Below, in pieces: positions 56,423 through 64,000 of a DNA stretch of 64,000 nucleotides. This stretch comes from Longimicrobiales bacterium (GTDB lineage: Bacteria > Gemmatimonadota > Gemmatimonadetes > Longimicrobiales > Gaopeijiaceae), in the NCBI GenBank assembly GCA_965202805.1, contig OZ241869.1, forward strand, positions 3,936,001-4,000,000, in the 5' to 3' direction. Positions within the stretch are counted from its first letter, which is position 1, and every line of letters begins with the position of its first letter. A program made the translations under genes and the position numbers. The notes below the pieces were generated by a model. The model was not told where the DNA came from, searched no databases, and worked only from the letters and a program-made list of their open reading frames with translations.

Positions 56423-58521
56423 GCTTCTCGAGGCTCGACGCGCCGGTCCAGTACCTCAAGGGGGTCGGTCCCAGGCGCGCGGAGCACCTGGCCGGACTGG
56501 ACATCCGCAAGGCCCGCGACCTGCTCTACCACGTGCCCCGGCGCTATGAGGACGCCTCCACGGTTCAGCCCGTGGCCGGGCTCGAAGTGGGGGACTCCGC
56601 CGTCGTGGTCGGGCGGGTGCGCAGCTCCGGGGTCATCCCCACCCGCAAGGGCCTGCGCATCTTCCAGGCGGTGATCGAGGACGAGACCGGCCATATCACC
56701 TGCGCCTGGCCCGGACAGCCCTGGCTCGACCGCAGGATCCACAAGGGAGACCTTCTGCTCGCCGCCGGAACCGTGCGCTTCTTTCACGGCCGCCAGATCC
56801 AGCCCCGCGAGTTCGCCATTCTGGAATCCGGCCGCGGCCGCGGCGGCGCCTCCGAGGGCGACGATGCCGGGGCCCGCGGCACGATCTTCGTCGTCTATCC
56901 GGCGTCCGAGTCCGTACCCCAGTGGGTGCTGCGCCAGTTGCTGGAGCGCAACCTGCCCACGCTCCTGCGGCACGTGGAGGAGGAGGAGTATCTCTCTCCC
57001 CTGGAACGCCGCGAGATCGGCGTCCCGGGCCTTGCCCGGGCGCTCTCCAGCCTGCATGCGCCGCAGAGCCTCGAGGACGCCGAGCGGGGCCGGAAGCGCC
57101 TCGCCTGGGACGAGCTCTACTTTCTGCAGCTCATGCACGCCCACGCCCGCTACAGGAGCACCACCGCCGTCAACGGCATCCGGTTTCGCCGCACCAACCG
57201 GCTCATCCGCCCCCTGCACGAGTCGCTGGGGTTTCGCCTGACCGAAGCCCAGGCCCGGGTGCTGCGCGAGATCTACGCGGACATGACCACGGACCGCCGC
57301 ATGAACCGCATGCTTCAGGGGGATGTCGGGTCGGGGAAGACCATCGTCGCCGTCTTCGCGATGCTGCTCGCGGTGGAGGGCGGGCATCAGGCCGCCCTCA
57401 TGGCCCCCACCGAACTGCTCGCCGAACAGCACGCCCGCAGCCTGGGGCGCCTCCTCGGCCCGCTCGGGGTCGAGACGCTGCTGCTCACGGGGCGCACCGA
57501 CACCGGCGAGCGCGCCCGCGTCCTCGCCGCCCTGGCCGATGGTGGCGGCAAGGTGGTGACCGGCACCCACGCGCTCATCCAGGAGTCGGTGGAATTCGCC
57601 CGCCTGGGACTGGTGGTGGTGGACGAGCAGCACCGTTTCGGGGTGCGCCAGCGCATGGTCCTGAGCCAGCGCGACCCCACTCCCGACACCCTGATCATGT
57701 CGGCGACCCCCATCCCGCGCACGCTGGCGCTCGCCCTGTACGGGGATCTGGATCTGAGCGTGCTGGACGAGCTTCCCCCCGGGCGCAAGCCGGTGGAGAC
57801 CCGCTGGCTGCGGCCCTCACGCCGGGCCGAGGCGTACCGGCTGGTGCGGGACGAGGTGGCGCGGGGACGCCAGGTCTACATCGTCCATCCCCTGGTGGGC
57901 GAGTCCGACAAGCTGCAGCTGCGCTCGGCCACCGAGGAGTGGGAGCGCCTGCGCGCGGAGGAGTTTCCGGACTTCCGGGTCGGCCTCCTCCACGGCCAGC
58001 TTCCCGGCGAGGAGAGGGACGCGGTGATGCGCGCCTTCCTCGCCGGCGAGCTGGACGTGCTGGTCGCCACCTCGGTCGTGGAGGTGGGCATCGACGTGTC
58101 GAACGCCACCGTGATGCTCATCGAGAACGCCGAGCGCTTCGGCCTCTCGCAGCTGCACCAGCTCCGCGGCCGGGTCGGGCGCGGGGCCGACCGCAGCTAC
58201 TGCGTCGCCATCGCCGACGCGGAGGAGGCCGCCGCCGAACGCCTGAAGGTATTCCGGAGCACGCACGACGGGTTCGCGATCGCGCAGGCCGATCTGGCCA
58301 TGCGCGGGGAAGGGGACTTCTTCGGCTCGCAGCAGCATGGGCGGCCCGTCCTGCGCTTCGCCGACCTCGCCCTCGACCGGGACCTCATGCGCACCGCCCG
58401 CGAATACGCCCGCGCGACCATCGACCGCGACCCCGATCTGCTCGCCCCCGGGAACGCGATGCGGCGCCATCTGTTCACCACCCGCTTCGGCGACCGCCTG
58501 CAGCTCCGCTCGGTGGGTTAG
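56419..58521 (+). CDS. recG: ATP-dependent DNA helicase RecG
   Basis: QGDVGSGKT, DEQHRFG, SATPIPRT, QLHQLRGRVGRG. Confidence 0.97.
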   Translation: MSFSRLDAPVQYLKGVGPRRAEHLAGLDIRKARDLLYHVPRRYEDASTVQPVAGLEVGDSAVVVGRVRSSGVIPTRKGLRIFQAVIEDETGHITCAWPGQPWLDRRIHKGDLLLAAGTVRFFHGRQIQPREFAILESGRGRGGASEGDDAGARGTIFVVYPASESVPQWVLRQLLERNLPTLLRHVEEEEYLSPLERREIGVPGLARALSSLHAPQSLEDAERGRKRLAWDELYFLQLMHAHARYRSTTAVNGIRFRRTNRLIRPLHESLGFRLTEAQARVLREIYADMTTDRRMNRMLQGDVGSGKTIVAVFAMLLAVEGGHQAALMAPTELLAEQHARSLGRLLGPLGVETLLLTGRTDTGERARVLAALADGGGKVVTGTHALIQESVEFARLGLVVVDEQHRFGVRQRMVLSQRDPTPDTLIMSATPIPRTLALALYGDLDLSVLDELPPGRKPVETRWLRPSRRAEAYRLVRDEVARGRQVYIVHPLVGESDKLQLRSATEEWERLRAEEFPDFRVGLLHGQLPGEERDAVMRAFLAGELDVLVATSVVEVGIDVSNATVMLIENAERFGLSQLHQLRGRVGRGADRSYCVAIADAEEAAAERLKVFRSTHDGFAIAQADLAMRGEGDFFGSQQHGRPVLRFADLALDRDLMRTAREYARATIDRDPDLLAPGNAMRRHLFTTRFGDRLQLRSVG

Positions 58522-58657
58522 AGCGAGGACGGGCCGGCCGGTTGGACTTGACGCCCCGGCCATGACAGACTAGCAGTCCGTCCGCGCGCTGCCAGCCACC
58601 GACGGCCCGCGCCCGCAGACCGTCGTTCCCGAGTCGATTCCACCCCAGGAGACCACC

Positions 58658-59956
<1,299 letters not shown>

Positions 59957-60715
59957 CCCGCGCCTCCGCCTTCACCGCGTCCCAGAGCGCGTCCAGTTCC
60001 TCCAGCGACATCTCCGCCACCCGCCCTCCGCCGTCGCGCGCGAGCTCCTCCACGCGCCGGAAGCGGGCTTCCACCTTGCGGTTGGTGCGCGCCAGCGCGT
60101 TGCTCGCATGTACGCCCGCGAGGCGCGCGAGGTTGACGGCCGTGAAGAGGAGATCGCCGGCCTCGTCCATCACCTCCCCGGGATCTCCCCGCTGGAGCGC
60201 AACTCGCATCTCCTCCAGCTCCTCGGCCACCTTGAGCAGCGCTCCCCCGGCATCCTCCCAGTCGAAGCCGATGCCGCTCAGCTTTTCCTGAATGCGATGG
60301 GCGCGCAGCAGCGGGTCGAGCCCGGCGGGAAGCCCGGAGAGCACGCTCTCGTCGCGGGGGAGTTCCCTGGCCTTGAGCGCCTCCCAGTTCTCCCGCTCGC
60401 CTTCGCCGAAGAGGTGTGGATGACGGCGCCTCATCTTCGCCTCCAGCCGATCCACCACCGAATCCCGGTCGAAGGCCCCCGCCTCCTCGGCGAGCACGAT
60501 CTGAAAGGCCACGTTGAGCAGCAGGTCGCCGAGTTCCCCTTCGAGTTCCCGGGCATCCGCGGAGCGAATCGCGTCCACCACCTCCTGGCTCTCCTCGATG
60601 AGGTACGGGATGAGCGACTCGGCCGTCTGAGCCCGGTCCCAGGGACAGTTCGCGCGCAGGAACTCCACGATGGCGAGCGCGCGGTCGAGGGCACCCTCCG
60701 AAGGGGCGATTCCGA

Positions 60716-60826
60716 CGGATGCCGGGGCGTCGGATGCCGCGACGTCGGGTGCCGGGGCGCCGGATGCCGCGACGTGGGATGCCGCGACGTCGGATGCCCC
60801 AGCGCCGGATGCCGCAGCGCCGGATG
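60716..60826. repeat. ~7.4 x 15-bp degenerate tandem repeat at the mazG 5' end
   Basis: CGGATGCCG(G/C)(G/A)xCG(T/C) units; encode SxxxA pentapeptides on the minus strand. Confidence 0.9.
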
Positions 60827-61196
60827 AGTGCGCGATGCGATGGTCGCCTGCTGTCACGATATTCGGGGCAGTGTCGCGTGAGGATGGCGCAATTGGAGAT
60901 GGCGGCCCGTGCGCCGTGGTCGTCCGCGGTGCGAACGTCGGCTCGCAACGAACCCGGGCGGTGCCGCCGGGAGTAGTATTCCGGACCCTCGGGGAGAAGT
61001 CCAGACGACCGGGCGCGGTCGGTTGTCGAATTGTTGCTCCTCGATCCCGGCGGCGACACCTTTTCGCCGGGTCGTCGGGGCCCGGGTCCCCGCTGCAGTC
61101 GCCGCACTGCAGCCGGGCACCGGGCTGACCGGGTTCGGGCGCCGGCGAGCGTCGAGCCGGTTCCGTTTTTCGCTTCCGGAGATCGCACTACAGTCC

Positions 61197-62345
61197 ATGA
61201 CTGATCGCTCTTCTTCTTCCCGCACGGGGACGCCCGATGATCCCCGCTCACGCGCCTGGGTGGAGGTCGACGCCGCGGCATTGCGCGCTAACCTGGCGCA
61301 CATCCGGCAGGCTGCCGGGGCCGCCGCCGCGGTCGTCCCGATGATCAAGGCGAACGCGTACGGCCTGGGCGTGCGCGACGCGGTGGCGGTGCTGGAGGCC
61401 GAGGAGCCGGACGGCTACGGGGTGGCGACGGTGGAGGAGGGGCTGGAGGTGCGGGCGCTCGGGGTCGAGCGCCCGGTGCTGGTGATGACCCCGCCTCCCG
61501 CCTCCTCCCTTCCCGCGGCCCTGGAAGGCGGCCTGACCCCGTGCTTCTCCGACCTGGACGGCGTGCGCGCCCTGGCCGCCGAGGCCGCCCGGCGCAGGCG
61601 CCGCGCCAGCTTCCACGTGGAAGTGGACACGGGGATGGGCAGGGCCGGTCTCGACTGGCGCTCGGCCGCGGCATGGGGAAGGGAAGTGGCGGCGCTGGCC
61701 GCTCTCCCGCTCCGCTGGGGCGGATGCTACACCCACTTCCACTCGGCCGACGAGGACGCCGCCACCATCGACCGGCAGTGGGCGCGCCTGCAGGAGGCCG
61801 TCGGCCACCTGTCCCTGCCCGCGGGTGCGTGGGTCCACGCCTGCAACTCGGCCGGGGTCCTGCGCCGCCCCCGGTACGCGGCCAGCGCGGTACGCCCCGG
61901 CATCTTCCTCTACGGGGGAGCATCCGCTCCCGACCTGCCCCGGCCGGCTCCGGTGGCGGCCGTGCGCGCCCGCATCACCCTGGTGCGCGACGTGCCCGCC
62001 GGCAGCTCCCTGGGGTACGGGGCCACCCACGTGGCGCGGGAGCCCGAGCGCTGGGCCACCGTCGCGATCGGGTACGGCGACGGCCTGCCGCGCGCCCTGG
62101 GAAACCGCGGGCACGCCCTGGTGCGCGGGCGGCGGGTTCCCCTGGTCGGAAGGACCTCCATGGACGTGACGGTGGTAGAGATCTCGCGCGTCCCCGACGC
62201 GCGCGCCGGCGATATCGTTACATTTATCGGTTCCGACCGGGATGAGGAGATCACGGTCGAAGAGGTGGCGGATCGGGCCGGCACCATCAACTACGAGGTC
62301 CTCACCGGCCTGACCGGCCGACTTCCGCGGATCTGGCAAGCATGA
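61197..62345 (+). CDS. alr: Alanine racemase
   Basis: IKANAYGLG (PLP Lys), VDTGMGR, VRPGIFLYG, GYGDG, VGRTSMD, GTINYE. Confidence 0.96.
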   Translation: MTDRSSSSRTGTPDDPRSRAWVEVDAAALRANLAHIRQAAGAAAAVVPMIKANAYGLGVRDAVAVLEAEEPDGYGVATVEEGLEVRALGVERPVLVMTPPPASSLPAALEGGLTPCFSDLDGVRALAAEAARRRRRASFHVEVDTGMGRAGLDWRSAAAWGREVAALAALPLRWGGCYTHFHSADEDAATIDRQWARLQEAVGHLSLPAGAWVHACNSAGVLRRPRYAASAVRPGIFLYGGASAPDLPRPAPVAAVRARITLVRDVPAGSSLGYGATHVAREPERWATVAIGYGDGLPRALGNRGHALVRGRRVPLVGRTSMDVTVVEISRVPDARAGDIVTFIGSDRDEEITVEEVADRAGTINYEVLTGLTGRLPRIWQA

Positions 62346-64000
62346 CGGACGCCTTCGAGCGACTTCTCAAGCGTGCGCGCGCCGCGCGCGAGCGCGCCTA
62401 TGCTCCCTACTCCGGGTTCCAGGTGGGTGCCGCGCTGGAGACGGCGGACGGCGCCGTCTTCTCGGGATGCAACGTGGAGAACGCTTCCTACGGCCTCACC
62501 CTGTGCGCCGAGCGCTCGGCGCTGGCCGCGGCCGTGGCTCGTGGCCACCGGTCATTCACCCGAATCGCCCTGAGCACCTCGTCCGGGCCGCCTGCCTCGC
62601 CCTGCGGACTGTGCCGCCAGGCCCTCGCCGAGTTCGCGCCCGGGCTCTCCATCCGCTCCGAATCCCCGGAGGGAACCGCCGACTGGAGCCTGGCGACGCT
62701 TCTGCCCGCGCCCTTCCGGCTGAAATCCGCCGCCCGCGCGCTGGCCGCAGTGGCCGCGATCCTCGCCGGCGCCTGCGGGTACGAGACGCCCACCTCGGTC
62801 GAAGGCCTGACCTTCCCGGTCACGGTGGTCACCTCGGAGGTCCATCTCTCCCACGACCAGTTCGCCCGCGGGGTCCAGGTGTTCGGCGGTTTCGGACGCG
62901 CATCCGACGTGGCCGTTCCCCTGGTCGCCACCGAGTTCGGCGAAGACGACCTGGAGGCGCGCACGCTGGTGCGGTTCGGTCCCATCCCGCGCTCCGCGAG
63001 CATTCGCGACACCGCCGGCACGACGGTGACCGACCCGAACCTGACGCTGGTCGGGGGGCGCGCGGTGCTCCGCTTCGATACCTTGGCCGCACCCTCCGAA
63101 CCCGTGACCCTGTCCGCATCGCTCATCAGCGAGCGCTGGCATCCGCCTTCCGCCACCTTCGTCCACGCCGTGGACACCCTCGGAGAACAGGTGCCCTGGG
63201 CCGGCCCCGGCGGCGGGGACGCCACGCCGATCGCCACCGCGGTGTGGGATCCGGCGGAATCCGACTCCGCCTTCTTCGCCATCGATACCCTCGTCATCAA
63301 GGCGTGGGATACCGAGGACGAGGCCCGCGGCATGCTCGTGCGGATGGTCACCCCCGGGGCGCGGGTGAAGGTGCGTTCGGCCAACCTGGTCATGGACGCG
63401 CTGCCGTCGATCCGGTCGGACACGATGGTCACCACGGACACCTTTGCCGAACACCTGACCTTCATCTACGACCCGGTCGCCTCCCTGCCCGAGGGCGCGC
63501 TGCAGATCGGCGGCGCCCCTGCCTGGCGCACCGTCTTCGAGGTGCAGCTGCCGGCCTCGGTCCCCCTCGTGGACGAGAACTGTCCCTCGGGCGGGTGTAC
63601 CCTTCCCCTCACCGCCGACGGCATCACCCAGGCGGCGCTGGTCCTGACCCCGGGGCCCACCGGCGCGGCGCTCCGCCCCACCGACACGCTCTTCGTCGAC
63701 GCCCGCCCGATTCCTTCGCCCGAATACCTGCCGCGCGCGCCCCTGGGCAACTCGATCCACGTCCCGGTCGCGCAGGTGCCCCCGGAGGCCTTCTCCGGCG
63801 AGGAGGGCAGCGTGGTCGAGATCCCCATCACCAGCTTCGTCAGGGATCTGGCGCGGGGCATGACCGAGGACAGCGTTCCGGCGCCCAACACGCTGGCGCT
63901 GCTGGCCGCCATCGAACCTCAGAGCTTCGAGCTGATGCGGTTCCTGGGGCCGGACTCGAGCTCGCCGCCGCTGCTTCGCATCCTCGTCAGCCAGCTCTCG
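62342..64000 (+). CDS. cdd: Cytidine deaminase fused in frame to a lipoprotein-like domain; 3' end lies off the right edge
   Basis: Manual translation from ATG 62342 (ATGA overlap with alr): AYAPYSGF, NVENASYGLTLCAER, PCGLCRQ, LLPAPF, then RLKSAARALAAVAAILAGA-C145. No stop codon through 64000 (at least 553 codons). Confidence 0.85.
   Translation, partial: MTDAFERLLKRARAARERAYAPYSGFQVGAALETADGAVFSGCNVENASYGLTLCAERSALAAAVARGHRSFTRIALSTSSGPPASPCGLCRQALAEFAPGLSIRSESPEGTADWSLATLLPAPFRLKSAARALAAVAAILAGACGYETPTSVEGLTFPVTVVTSEVHLSHDQFARGVQVFGGFGRASDVAVPLVATEFGEDDLEARTLVRFGPIPRSASIRDTAGTTVTDPNLTLVGGRAVLRFDTLAAPSEPVTLSASLISERWHPPSATFVHAVDTLGEQVPWAGPGGGDATPIATAVWDPAESDSAFFAIDTLVIKAWDTEDEARGMLVRMVTPGARVKVRSANLVMDALPSIRSDTMVTTDTFAEHLTFIYDPVASLPEGALQIGGAPAWRTVFEVQLPASVPLVDENCPSGGCTLPLTADGITQAALVLTPGPTGAALRPTDTLFVDARPIPSPEYLPRAPLGNSIHVPVAQVPPEAFSGEEGSVVEIPITSFVRDLARGMTEDSVPAPNTLALLAAIEPQSFELMRFLGPDSSSPPLLRILVSQLS

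Noticed and set aside
60716..60826. Repeat array as a possible CRISPR or REP element
   Set aside because: Contiguous 15-bp units without spacers; simple minisatellite.
60858..61196. 339-nt mazG-alr intergenic region as a riboswitch or ncRNA
   Set aside because: No recognisable conserved aptamer motif; GC-rich pairing alone is not evidence. An Rfam/Infernal scan would be needed.
62488..63912. Minus-strand ORFs of 325, 402 and 148 aa
   Set aside because: Shadows of the plus-strand cdd-lipoprotein frame, which has the expected GC3 codon bias.

Overview
High-GC (~70%) bacterial chromosomal window; gene content and style suggest Gemmatimonadota, which is an inference and not a search result. From left to right: (i) a partial VPS10/BNR-repeat exported protein; (ii) a tripartite tricarboxylate transporter operon with an embedded ThDP enzyme; (iii) a convergent GGT-family / small protein / Tat-amidase operon resembling hpxW-X-Y; (iv) exbB-exbD-exbD-tonB; (v) yggS-PNP-ileS (type 2, GxHH motif)-RluA-peptidase MA-small membrane protein; (vi) a small accessory patch with a DUF1028 protein, an hsdM C-terminal remnant, higA and a truncated higB, next to tRNA-Val(TAC) and HU; (vii) a Tat-less molybdoenzyme cluster (4Fe-4S/NrfD fusion, Mo-bisPGD subunit, TorD chaperone, SulP); (viii) DUF4097, thioesterase and TPR genes; (ix) the dcw cluster mraZ to ftsZ; (x) M23 peptidase, VWA-like protein, ftsY, recG, asnS, mazG and alr; and (xi) a cytidine deaminase that continues in frame, with no stop, into a lipoprotein-like domain running off the right edge. 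No CRISPR array, integrase or transposase was seen. The best candidates for something undescribed are the Cdd-lipoprotein fusion, the exported hpxWXY-like amidohydrolase module and the molybdoenzyme-SulP cluster. Family assignments come from motif recognition only.
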